Shown: piece after piece, positions 16,149 to 24,668 of the stretch
How positions within the stretch are numbered: the stretch's first letter is position 1
Layout of the letters: each line of letters begins with the position of its first letter
Assembly (NCBI GenBank): GCA_965261025.1
Contig: OZ253438.1
Coordinates: 1,050,001 to 1,082,000, forward strand
Length of the DNA stretch: 32,000 nucleotides
Direction of reading: 5' to 3'
Source: Chlamydiales bacterium
GTDB lineage: Bacteria; Chlamydiota; Chlamydiia; Chlamydiales; SM23-39
Translations under genes and position numbers: made by a program
The notes under the pieces: generated by a model
What the model was told of the DNA's origin: nothing
The model's input: only the letters and a program-made list of their open reading frames with translations
Database searches by the model: none

Positions 16149-18737
16149 CTACTCTACAGATCGAACTAATTTCCCATGATCATAACTATAAACGGTTTCT
16201 TTTCCTTCTGGATCATACTTTTTCTTTTCTCCGTGCAGCTGATCTTCTATAAAAGACTGAAGCAGGTAAGGCTTTCCATTATCATAGTATTTATGGAACT
16301 TACCATGCCTCATTCCCTTATGATATTCGGCTTCAAAAATAAGGGCTCCGTCTTCATTCCAATTTTGGGAAAGGCCTTCTAACAGATCTTCTTCATAATA
16401 CGCTAAAGAGGCAAGAGATCCTTTTTCATGAAAGGTCTTTTCTTCTCCTTCTTTTTTATCTTCTTTGTAAAAAATTTCTCGATAAACTTTTCCTGATGGA
16501 AAATATTGCGTAGTAAGCCCCTCCCTTTTATCTTTTGCAAAAGAGATTTTCATTAAAAGCTTCCCACTTTCTGTGAAAAGCAAAGCCTCTCCCTCTTTTT
16601 TCCCTTTTTTGTAAGGAGTAATAGCCGTTAAAACTCCACTAGAGTAGTACTCTTTTACCTCTCCTTCTGTAAAGTTATTTTCATACATAGCCTCCAAAGC
16701 AAGTACCTTTTTTCCCTCTTTTTCTAACGGATAAAATATTTGATGAACGCCCTGTTTTAAGTTATTTTTATAATGAAAAACGATCTCTTTTCCTTCCTTT
16801 TTTTTCTCAAAAAACCGTCCTTCTAATTTCCCATACTGATAATGCGCTTCTTCTAAAAGATTTCCTTCTGCATCCCATAGGGCTTTCTTTCCATGAAGCT
16901 TTCCATGTTCATACTGGATAAGCACTTCAAGTCTTCCATCAGGAAAATATTTTTTCTGCTCTTCATGAAGTTTCCCTTCTTGATCGTAGTTAAAAAGGTA
17001 GGCATACCTTGGTTTTTCTTCTTCTGTTTCTTTCGGATAAAGCTCAAAGTGTTTTCCTGTAGGAAGACCTTCTGTATAGGTTTGTAAACTTTGCAAAGAG
17101 CCATCTTGAAAGAAGCCTTTCAGCTCACCATGCAATTTATCTTCATGATAAAAAGCTACTCTCTGTAAAAGCCCATTTGAATAAAACCATTCTTGCTTTC
17201 CTTCCAGTTTTCCTTTTTCATAAAAAAGGCGGGTGCGCATATGGTCTTTCTCATAAAAGGTAAGAACTCTCCCTTCTAAAGAATCTCCCTTATAGCAGGC
17301 AGAAAATAAAAGAGCCCCCTCTTTTCCATACTCTTCATGGCTTCCCTCTCTTTTACCTTTATCAAAGGCAAGCTGCAATTTTAGATTCCCATTTTCATGC
17401 CATTCTCTATGAAATCCATGAGGTAGATCTTCTTGATAATAGGCTTGTAATTTCTTTTCTCCATTTTCATAAAATTCTTGTATCTCTCCTTCTTTTTTCC
17501 CCTCCCGGAAAAAAATCCTTTTTTGCAGGTTCCCATTTTCATACCACTGTAGGTACTCTCCTTCATACTTCTGATCTTTGAGAAAACTACATATTTTCCG
17601 CTTTTGATTCGAATAGTACTCCTTTTGCTCTCCCTCTAGTTTGCCCTCCTTATAAAAAAGCTCTGCTTTTAAAACGCCATTTTCATGCCATTCTAGATAA
17701 GGCCCTACAAGAACGCCTTTTTCTTGGAAAAACTCCCTTTGTTTATTTCCTCTTTCATCCCACTCGACAACAGGTCTTACCAAATGTCCCTTGAGATCGT
17801 ACTCTGCTTCATATCGAGGGAGATCTTTTTTATGGTAAAGCCAATGTTTTCCCACAGGTTGCCCTTCTACAAAAGAGCCTCCTCCTATTTCTATTCCCTG
17901 TTCATCAAAAAATTTTTCTTCCCCTTCTTTTTTTCCCTTCACATAAAAAGCTTGGTATTTGAGTTTTCCATTGGAATGATATTGAGAATGAAACCCAACA
18001 GGCTCTCCTTCAAAAAAATCAACCATTTCTATCACTTTATGCTCTGTATCATACACCACAAAAGCAGGATTCACTCCATCTCCATGGGGTTTTCCTTTTT
18101 GAAAACTCTTTTCTGATTTTATTTTCCCATTAGGATACCATCCATAGCAGATCCCATCTAAAAGCCCTTCTTTATAAGACAAAAGGACTGATTTTTTTCC
18201 ATCTTCAAAATATTGAATACACTTGCCTTCTAATTTTCCCCTTTCGTGTGTTCCCTTTTCCTTTAAAGAGCCATTTGGATAATAATTTTCAAAAGAACCC
18301 TCCATTTTCCCCTTTGCAAAAGAAACCCGGCTCTGCACAGTCCCATCTTCATAAAAAGACTTTGCTTCTCCCTCTAAAAGCCCCTCTTCATAAAAAGAAA
18401 CTCCTTGTAAAGAAGAGTTAGGAAAGAAATCTATTTTTACCCCATGAGGTACTACTTCTGAATTCCAAAATTCATATCCAGGAGACTCTTTTTCTATTAA
18501 CTTCAAATCCACTTCTGACTGAATGGTTCCAGAAGAGTAATAGGCCACTTGTTTTACCGGAATCTCCTCCTTTTCATTCAAAGGCTCATAAAAACGAACT
18601 ACTTTTTCCTGCCCATTAGGATAACTCTCCCAAATTTCTACCCTCCAATTGGGTTCTCTTACCTTTAACTCAAGTTTTAGTTCGGTAGCACCCAGAAAAG
18701 AAAGAGTTGTTAAAATAAAAAATAGACGTTTAATCAT
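16149..18737 (-). CDS. Exported MORN-variant repeat protein (about 30 tandem 24-residue repeats)
   Basis: 862 aa from ATG 18737 (MIKRLFFILTTLSFLGA, signal peptide; AGGAG lies 8 nt upstream). The track's 18-codon extension is unlikely to be real. Almost the whole protein is tandem units of the type WHENGVLKAELFYKEGKLEGEQKE / YYPNGSLKEKGTHERGKLEGKCIQ (MORN_2 / YwqK-type repeat). Confidence 0.8.
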   Translation of the reverse strand: MIKRLFFILTTLSFLGATELKLELKVREPNWRVEIWESYPNGQEKVVRFYEPLNEKEEIPVKQVAYYSSGTIQSEVDLKLIEKESPGYEFWNSEVVPHGVKIDFFPNSSLQGVSFYEEGLLEGEAKSFYEDGTVQSRVSFAKGKMEGSFENYYPNGSLKEKGTHERGKLEGKCIQYFEDGKKSVLLSYKEGLLDGICYGWYPNGKIKSEKSFQKGKPHGDGVNPAFVVYDTEHKVIEMVDFFEGEPVGFHSQYHSNGKLKYQAFYVKGKKEGEEKFFDEQGIEIGGGSFVEGQPVGKHWLYHKKDLPRYEAEYDLKGHLVRPVVEWDERGNKQREFFQEKGVLVGPYLEWHENGVLKAELFYKEGKLEGEQKEYYSNQKRKICSFLKDQKYEGEYLQWYENGNLQKRIFFREGKKEGEIQEFYENGEKKLQAYYQEDLPHGFHREWHENGNLKLQLAFDKGKREGSHEEYGKEGALLFSACYKGDSLEGRVLTFYEKDHMRTRLFYEKGKLEGKQEWFYSNGLLQRVAFYHEDKLHGELKGFFQDGSLQSLQTYTEGLPTGKHFELYPKETEEEKPRYAYLFNYDQEGKLHEEQKKYFPDGRLEVLIQYEHGKLHGKKALWDAEGNLLEEAHYQYGKLEGRFFEKKKEGKEIVFHYKNNLKQGVHQIFYPLEKEGKKVLALEAMYENNFTEGEVKEYYSSGVLTAITPYKKGKKEGEALLFTESGKLLMKISFAKDKREGLTTQYFPSGKVYREIFYKEDKKEGEEKTFHEKGSLASLAYYEEDLLEGLSQNWNEDGALIFEAEYHKGMRHGKFHKYYDNGKPYLLQSFIEDQLHGEKKKYDPEGKETVYSYDHGKLVRSVE
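16167..18428 (-). repeat. In-frame tandem array of about 30 degenerate 72-nt (24-codon) MORN-variant units inside the CDS
   Basis: I counted about 30 consecutive units beginning with an aromatic-x-x-(N/D/E)G motif and containing a central (K/E)G and distal (E/H)G. The repeats are conserved at protein level and diverged at DNA level. Confidence 0.7.
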
Positions 18738-18875
18738 CCTATAAACTCCTAAAAATACGATCCGTACTCCGACTAAAGGTATGAAAAACATTCAATTTTT
18801 ACAAGAAAAGTAAAACTAGAAATCGCAAAATAAAACTTAAATATTCTCAAAGATCTTTTACCTTAATTTGATCCT

Positions 18876-19361
18876 TTATCCATCTCTCAGAAAAAAATCT
18901 CCATTACAAGCTTCTTCTTTAAAACGAAATAGATCCTCTATTTTTATTCTTTTTTGCCTTTTCTTATCTAAATAAAGACTAACCTCTCCTTTAGGAGAAA
19001 TTTTTCCTGTAGACGAGAAGTGAAGGGTAAACGCCTTTTTTTTCTTATTAAAAAAAAATTGTACCTTTTCAAAACTTTCTTTATGGGATGGTTTTTCTGA
19101 TAAAAATCCTTTCCCTTCTAAAAATCCTGCTTTAGCTTGCCATTTTTTTTGATGAGGAGAAAAAGTACAAAACAAATCCTCTTTGTGAAACGCTGCCATA
19201 AAATGGAGCATTTCTATCCACCTTCGAAACTTTATCTGTTCAGAAAGAAATAAATCTTCCTTATATTTTTCATAAAAATTCCAAGAAAAAAATCCCCCTA
19301 TGGAAGAGAGAAGAAAAAGAACCAATAACACTTCAAGAAGGCTTATCTTTTGCTTGCGCAC
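18876..19361 (-). CDS. Second pseudopilin-like protein (type IV pilin-like N-terminal helix)
   Basis: 161 aa from GTG 19361, overlapping the gspG stop by 1 nt. N-terminus MRKQK-ISLLEVLLVLFLLSSIGGFF matches the prepilin pattern (basic leader, Glu at +5, hydrophobic helix) but has no Gly at -1. No similarity recognised beyond the N-terminus. Confidence 0.5.
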   Translation of the reverse strand: MRKQKISLLEVLLVLFLLSSIGGFFSWNFYEKYKEDLFLSEQIKFRRWIEMLHFMAAFHKEDLFCTFSPHQKKWQAKAGFLEGKGFLSEKPSHKESFEKVQFFFNKKKKAFTLHFSSTGKISPKGEVSLYLDKKRQKRIKIEDLFRFKEEACNGDFFLRDG

Positions 19362-19729
19362 TATTTGCCTCTTACCCTTTTTAAGCTCTCTAGAGTAGAA
19401 GAAAACACTTCAATGTCTTCTTCTGTATCTAAAATTTTTACTGTAAAAGGCTTGCCCCATCCATCTGTGATAAGATCTTTTTTATTTTTTACCAAGGATG
19501 ACCCCGCTAAAACTTCCTCGTAATTCTGTAAATCCTCTAGTTTTAGATCCTCTCTATTTGCATATTCCCAAAGAAGAATTTCTCGGATTTGCCTGGCTGC
19601 CTGTTCTGTTTTGAAAATTTTCCCTTTTTCTAAACTTCCCTTTAGGTTGTATCCTACCACTGCCGTTACAATCCCAATTAAAAAAATAACTAGCATCATT
19701 TCAATCAAAGTAAGCGGCTTTTTTCTCAT
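19361..19729 (-). CDS. gspG: Type II secretion major pseudopilin GspG-like
   Basis: 122 aa. MRKKP-LTLIEMMLVIFLIGIVTAVVGYNL is a prepilin-type N-terminus with Glu+5. The size is typical of GspG, and the C-terminal DGWGKPF resembles the GspG D-x-WG-x-P motif. AGGAG lies 6 nt upstream. Directly downstream of gspF. Confidence 0.75.
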   Translation of the reverse strand: MRKKPLTLIEMMLVIFLIGIVTAVVGYNLKGSLEKGKIFKTEQAARQIREILLWEYANREDLKLEDLQNYEEVLAGSSLVKNKKDLITDGWGKPFTVKILDTEEDIEVFSSTLESLKRVRGK

Positions 19730-19741
19730 ATTTTTCTCCTC

Positions 19742-20926
19742 TTAAAAAGATTCTCCAAAGGAGCTAATGTCTGTTAAAGGTAAAAGCACCGCCAAAAGCA
19801 CCCCTCCCACAATAGCCCCCAAGATCAATAACAGTATGGGTTGTAATAGGATAGAAAAGCGAGATAAAGATCTTTCTATCTCTTCTTCATAAATGGTGCA
19901 GAGATAATCAAGCATAATAGCCACTCCGCCTCCTTGTTCTGATAGGGCTATGAGCCTTACCAATAAAGAAGGAATATATCTATTCTTTTTCAACTCTTCA
20001 CTAAAACGATTTCCTTCCAAGATCCCCTTTTCTATACCTTCCATACTCTTTTCTAAAACATCGTGATTCATTAACCCCTTTGCAAAACGAATCCCTTCTA
20101 AAAGAGAGACCCCTCCTTGCAAGAGAAAGGAAAGAGCTTTACAAAAGCGCAAAAGAGCCACTTTTCGGAAAAAATTCCGAAAAAAAAGAAAGTTCTGGAC
20201 CAGTTTTTGCGCTTTTTTCTGAAACAAAACGGTACGCTTTAACGCTATTACACCAAAAAATAAAAAGAAAAAAAAGAAAACTAACTCTCTTTGATAATAA
20301 ACTGCCCAAGTGGAAAGATGCAGTACAAACCAGGTAAGCCCCTCTATTTTTCTCCCCTCAAAAAGTTCTGCTAAAGAAGGAATCACATAAAAGAGTAGGC
20401 TCACTAAAACAATCCCGCAGAAGCTCAACAATATGCCAGGATAAATAAGGGCGGAAATAATTTGCTTTTTCAATACCTGTTGCTTATGAATTACCTGATA
20501 GGCTCCCTCTAAAGCCTCTATTAGGGCGCCTCGTTTTTCTCCACTTTGAATCATACATAAATAAAAAGAGTCAAATATTTGTGGATATCCCTGCATAGCT
20601 TCTGATAGGAATTTTCCCCCTTTTACTTGATCTTTGATGTCTAAGAGTAAAAGATGGAGATTTCCCTTTTGGTATTTCTCTTCTAAAGAGAAAAGGGCCT
20701 CTAATAGAGGAAGACCTGCTTTTAAGAGCTTACTTAATTCCCGGGTAAAAAACAGAAGAGAAGAAGGAGAAAGAGATAGATTCTTCTTCCTCTGAAAAGG
20801 ATAAATTTGCAAGACAAGCACATTTTTTTTCACAAGAAGCAATTTAGCCTCTTCTAAGCTCTCTGCTTGCACCCAGAACTTTTTCTTTTTTCGCTTTACT
20901 AAATATTCGTATTGGTAAAGTCCCAT
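19742..20926 (-). CDS. gspF: Type II secretion inner-membrane platform protein GspF
   Basis: 394 aa. Duplicated GspF/PilC cytoplasmic domain (FTRELSKLLKAGLPLLEAL and FCKALSFLLQGGVSLLEGI) and three TM helices. Starts 1 nt after the gspE stop. Confidence 0.85.
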   Translation of the reverse strand: MGLYQYEYLVKRKKKKFWVQAESLEEAKLLLVKKNVLVLQIYPFQRKKNLSLSPSSLLFFTRELSKLLKAGLPLLEALFSLEEKYQKGNLHLLLLDIKDQVKGGKFLSEAMQGYPQIFDSFYLCMIQSGEKRGALIEALEGAYQVIHKQQVLKKQIISALIYPGILLSFCGIVLVSLLFYVIPSLAELFEGRKIEGLTWFVLHLSTWAVYYQRELVFFFFFLFFGVIALKRTVLFQKKAQKLVQNFLFFRNFFRKVALLRFCKALSFLLQGGVSLLEGIRFAKGLMNHDVLEKSMEGIEKGILEGNRFSEELKKNRYIPSLLVRLIALSEQGGGVAIMLDYLCTIYEEEIERSLSRFSILLQPILLLILGAIVGGVLLAVLLPLTDISSFGESF

Positions 20927-20927
20927 A

Positions 20928-22460
20928 TTACTTACCGGTTACTCGAATTACCTCAAAACTGGTTGTTTCCCCTTCCAATATCTTATCTATTCCTTCTTCT
21001 CTCAGAGAAGGAAAAGCGGCTGCGTTTCTTAAAGAAGAGGCATGGCTATTTTTCATAACCTGTTGTTTTACCTCCTCTCCCACTTCCATAAGTTCATACA
21101 GTCCAGTTCTCCCCTGATATCCTGTAAAAAAACAAGCTTCGCATCCCTTTCCGCGAAAAAAAAACCCTTTTTTCATAAAGCCTAATTCTTTCCTTTCCTC
21201 CTGAGAAGGATCATAAGGCTCTTTACAATGAGGACATATCTTTCTTACCAGTCTCTGAGCCAAGGCCCCTACTAAAGAAGAGGCTATTAAGTAAGGCTCT
21301 ACTCCCATATCTATTAGACGAGGAATACAAGAAGGGGCATCATTGGTATGCAGTGTGGTAAATACCAAATGCCCTGTTAAAGAGGCTTGAATAGCAATCT
21401 TTGCCGTTTCTGGATCTCTTATTTCTCCTACTAAAATCATATCTGGATCTTGTCTTAGAATATGACGCAATCCTTTGCTAAAGGTAAGCTCTATCCCAGG
21501 ATTTACCGCAATCTGTGCTATGTGATCAAGCTTATATTCTACGGGATCTTCTATTGTCATAATATTTTTTGCTTTTGCATCCATTTCGCTTAAAGCGCTG
21601 TAAAGAGTAGTTGTCTTTCCCGATCCTGTAGGCCCTGTTACTAGAAAAATTCCTTCCGAAACGGCTAGAAGCTTTCGTACTTTTTTTACCATCTTCTTAT
21701 TCATTCCAACGTAATCTAGTCCTAAAGTCAGATTTCTTTTATCTAAAATCCGCAATACTACCCTTTCTCCATAGACTACAGGCAGAGTGCTTACGCGAAA
21801 ATCGATTTCTCTTTCCCCCATTTTTAACTTCATTCTTCCGTCCTGGGGGAGCCTTCTTTCTGCTATATCTAACTGAGCCATAACCTTAATTCGTATTAAA
21901 ATAGGCTCTTTATATTCCAGAGAAGGGTGAAAACGGGTTTGTAATATACCGTCAATCCGAAACCGGACTATAAGCCCTCCTTCCTGTGGTTCAAAGTGAA
22001 TATCAGAAGCTTTTTGCCGAATGGCTTCTATAAAAAAAGTGTTTAATAAACGGACTACAGGATGGTCTGAAGTTTGTTCTAAAAGATCATATCCTTCCTT
22101 GCTCTTTACTGTTTCTTTTTTTTCCGAAGAAACTACAGAGTCTGATGGTTGCTGATGAAAGCAGCTTTCAATGGCCCGCTCTAGCACTTCTTTAGAAACA
22201 TAGACAAATTCAACAGACTTTTGCAGATAAAGCTGTAGTTTTTCAAAAGAGTCTATATTAAAAGGATAACAAGTAGCTACTAGCACCTTTTCTCCTCGCT
22301 CTTCCAGGGGAAGAACCTGGTTTTCTTTAGCAAAGAGATAGGGAATAATATTTGTATTTTTTTTCACCAAAGAAAATCGGGAAAGATCAGAAAAAGAAGA
22401 AATGCCAAATTTCTCTTGCAGCTCTTTCAAAGAATATTCTAACGCTTCAGGAAAACTCAC
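20928..22460 (-). CDS. gspE: Type II secretion ATPase GspE
   Basis: 510 aa, GTG start. Walker A GPTGSGKTTT, Asp box and Walker B (MILVGEIRD), His box (GHLVFTTLHTND) and the tetracysteine motif CPHC...CEAC typical of GspE. Confidence 0.95.
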   Translation of the reverse strand: MSFPEALEYSLKELQEKFGISSFSDLSRFSLVKKNTNIIPYLFAKENQVLPLEERGEKVLVATCYPFNIDSFEKLQLYLQKSVEFVYVSKEVLERAIESCFHQQPSDSVVSSEKKETVKSKEGYDLLEQTSDHPVVRLLNTFFIEAIRQKASDIHFEPQEGGLIVRFRIDGILQTRFHPSLEYKEPILIRIKVMAQLDIAERRLPQDGRMKLKMGEREIDFRVSTLPVVYGERVVLRILDKRNLTLGLDYVGMNKKMVKKVRKLLAVSEGIFLVTGPTGSGKTTTLYSALSEMDAKAKNIMTIEDPVEYKLDHIAQIAVNPGIELTFSKGLRHILRQDPDMILVGEIRDPETAKIAIQASLTGHLVFTTLHTNDAPSCIPRLIDMGVEPYLIASSLVGALAQRLVRKICPHCKEPYDPSQEERKELGFMKKGFFFRGKGCEACFFTGYQGRTGLYELMEVGEEVKQQVMKNSHASSLRNAAAFPSLREEGIDKILEGETTSFEVIRVTGK

Positions 22461-24668
22461 CTAAAATAAATCTCCTTCAAATAAAAGTTCTAAACTCTCT
22501 TCAAAAAGCGCTCTTTTTTCTCTTTTTTTTGCTTCTTCAAGCCTTCGCAAAAACTCAGGAATATCTCCTGGCCTTTTCTCCAGCTCTTTTTTCCGAATTT
22601 CCTGCAATCCAGAAAAGGGATCTTTTACGATGTGAGGAGTGATAAAAATAAACATTTCTGTGTTTGTATCTGTCTGCTTTTGAAAACCAAACAACTTTCC
22701 TATTCCCGGGAGATCTCCAAAAAAGGGCATTTTTTCTTTCGCTAAAGAATTAGACTTTCTCCTAAGTCCTCCTAAAATGATCGTCTCCCCATCTGCTACA
22801 CGAATTTCGTTTTTAATATGCCTTCTAGTAACAGGAGGCCTTGCATCTTCTGAAACTTGGGTAGTGTCAAAAGTGATATCCGTTTGTAAAGTAATAAAAC
22901 CATTTCCTTCTTCTTCTGAAAAATGGATTGTCGGAGTTAAAAGCAGCGTAGTTCCATATTGGGCCCTTGTAAAAGACTTCTCAAAGGCATATCCCTTTCC
23001 TGTATCTACTTGAACTGCCCCATTATTAATGGAAATTTCCTCTACTATGGAAATAGAGGCAGGTGTCTGGTTCGCCGTTAAAATAGAGGGGTTAGCATTG
23101 ATCTGAATATTTTCATGTCCCATTAAAAAATGATAAGCTAAATCAATCCCCAAAGACCCCTCCGAAGGCTGAGAAAATAAAAATTCTAAAACCCCTTTAT
23201 TTGTAGCTCCATTTTTCGCATCAAAGGAAAAAGCTCTCTCTCTTTTTTCTATCTGTGCCCCAAGACGCAACATACTTGCTCCAATCTGCTTACGATCTTG
23301 ATTTTTCTTTTCTACGAGAAGTACTTCAATCTGAACCATCTTCTTCGGGGCATCTAAACGGGATAGTATCTTTTGAATTTTAGGCAAAAGATCTCTACGA
23401 ACCACCATAAGAATCGATCCTGTGTTTGAATCTATGATAAAATTGCCCTCTTTTGTCTTTGCTGACTTATTTTTTGAAATAGCAGGCTCTACCTTTGGAG
23501 GGGAAACTACTAAGTTGGAAGAATAGGAATTTCTTTTTTCCTCTTTTTTTTCTCCCCTTTTTTCAAAATGAACAGCAGATAAAGAATCATAAACCTTTTC
23601 CAAAAGCTCTGATACCTCCTCCGGATTAGCATGTTTACAGGTATACCAAAACACGGTCATCTCCAGAGGATCCTCTATCTGATTTTCCACATCCTGGATA
23701 ATTTTTTCCGCTCGATTTAACGAAGAGGACTCTCCTACAAGAACCAACCCCTGAGGTAAAGGCAAAATCATCATCTCTTCCGAAGCTGCCTGAAAAAAAG
23801 GCCTTCCCTTCGGATCAGGGAAAAAAGCTCTCAAAACTTTTTCCGCTTCAGAAAGCCCCATCTTAGGAGCAGCAAGAACTTTTACCTGCTTCTTCTCTTT
23901 TCCCCTTTGCCAAGTCGCTTCATATAAACTAAGAAGCATCTCTATATTTTGTTTCGCAGAAACTACAGCCAGTTGAGAGCGAACTGGTTGAATTAAAGTC
24001 TCTTTAGGATCGGAAAACCTTTCCAAAAAAGCTTGTACTGATTTTAGATCTTCCGGCTCAGGAGAGAGTAAAAAAAATATCCTAGAATGACTGGGAAACA
24101 CCTCCAAATCTTTTTTCTGCATAGCAATTCCTTCCACTTGAGAAGGTACTTGCTTTAGCCAATATAAGGTTCTTGTATAAGTATTTAATCTTTTAACTCC
24201 TATCCCATTCGAAGATAATATCAGCTGTAAAATCTCTTCCCAGCAAGCTTTAGGAAAAGGTAGTGAAGAAGCGATTTGAATCTTTACCCCCGCCATATCG
24301 GTTGGAATGATATACAGATAATCCAAGGAACCATACTCCATAATCATATGGGAAAGCAAAACCTCTCCTTGATTCCAAATCACATACTGTTGTTGTAAAT
24401 CTAAATCTTCTTGCGCTCCTTTTCGAAATTCTTCCTGTTTATCTTCTATCTTCTGCTTTAACTGCCTAATCTTTTTTAAGGCCTCTTGGTAGGGAAAAGA
24501 CTCTTTTTCCTGCTGATAAAGCTCTTGAACCTTCTCATAAAGAACAAAAAGTTCTTCTTTCAAAGAGACTATTTCTTTATTTCTTTCTTCTATCTTCTTC
24601 TCCAAAGCAGGAGTTTCTATAGAAAAAAGAATGGGAACCTGTATTAGAAAAAGAAAAAAAAATCTCAT
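22461..24668 (-). CDS. gspD: Type II secretion outer-membrane secretin GspD with N-terminal coiled-coil extension
   Basis: 735 aa. Signal peptide. C-terminal secretin domain motifs (VADGETIILGGL, PFFGDLPGIGKLFG, EMFIFITPHIV). Zero-nt junctions with both neighbouring genes. Confidence 0.9.
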   Translation of the reverse strand: MRFFFLFLIQVPILFSIETPALEKKIEERNKEIVSLKEELFVLYEKVQELYQQEKESFPYQEALKKIRQLKQKIEDKQEEFRKGAQEDLDLQQQYVIWNQGEVLLSHMIMEYGSLDYLYIIPTDMAGVKIQIASSLPFPKACWEEILQLILSSNGIGVKRLNTYTRTLYWLKQVPSQVEGIAMQKKDLEVFPSHSRIFFLLSPEPEDLKSVQAFLERFSDPKETLIQPVRSQLAVVSAKQNIEMLLSLYEATWQRGKEKKQVKVLAAPKMGLSEAEKVLRAFFPDPKGRPFFQAASEEMMILPLPQGLVLVGESSSLNRAEKIIQDVENQIEDPLEMTVFWYTCKHANPEEVSELLEKVYDSLSAVHFEKRGEKKEEKRNSYSSNLVVSPPKVEPAISKNKSAKTKEGNFIIDSNTGSILMVVRRDLLPKIQKILSRLDAPKKMVQIEVLLVEKKNQDRKQIGASMLRLGAQIEKRERAFSFDAKNGATNKGVLEFLFSQPSEGSLGIDLAYHFLMGHENIQINANPSILTANQTPASISIVEEISINNGAVQVDTGKGYAFEKSFTRAQYGTTLLLTPTIHFSEEEGNGFITLQTDITFDTTQVSEDARPPVTRRHIKNEIRVADGETIILGGLRRKSNSLAKEKMPFFGDLPGIGKLFGFQKQTDTNTEMFIFITPHIVKDPFSGLQEIRKKELEKRPGDIPEFLRRLEEAKKREKRALFEESLELLFEGDLF

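Noticed and set aside
16149-18737. The MORN-variant protein as a YwqK-type antitoxin or immunity protein.
   Set aside because: It has a signal peptide, ~30 repeats rather than a few, and no adjacent toxin-like (LXG, nuclease or deaminase) gene. Size and context do not fit an immunity protein.
18738-18875. The 138-nt spacer upstream of the MORN gene, searched for a promoter, a terminator and a small RNA. It contains the 10-nt palindrome AAAGATCTTT at 18849-18858.
   Set aside because: The palindrome has no loop and no T-run. Several weak -35/-10 combinations are possible but none is convincing. Only the AGGAG ribosome-binding site before ATG 18737 is clear.
19036-19058. Homopolymer runs (T8 followed by A9 here, and similar A8-A9 or T9 runs at 2448-2456, 3272-3279 and 3286-3294) as phase-variation switches.
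   Set aside because: Runs of this length are everywhere in this AT-rich, Lys/Phe-rich sequence, both in genes and in spacers. All carrier ORFs are intact. A single sequence gives no evidence of length variation.
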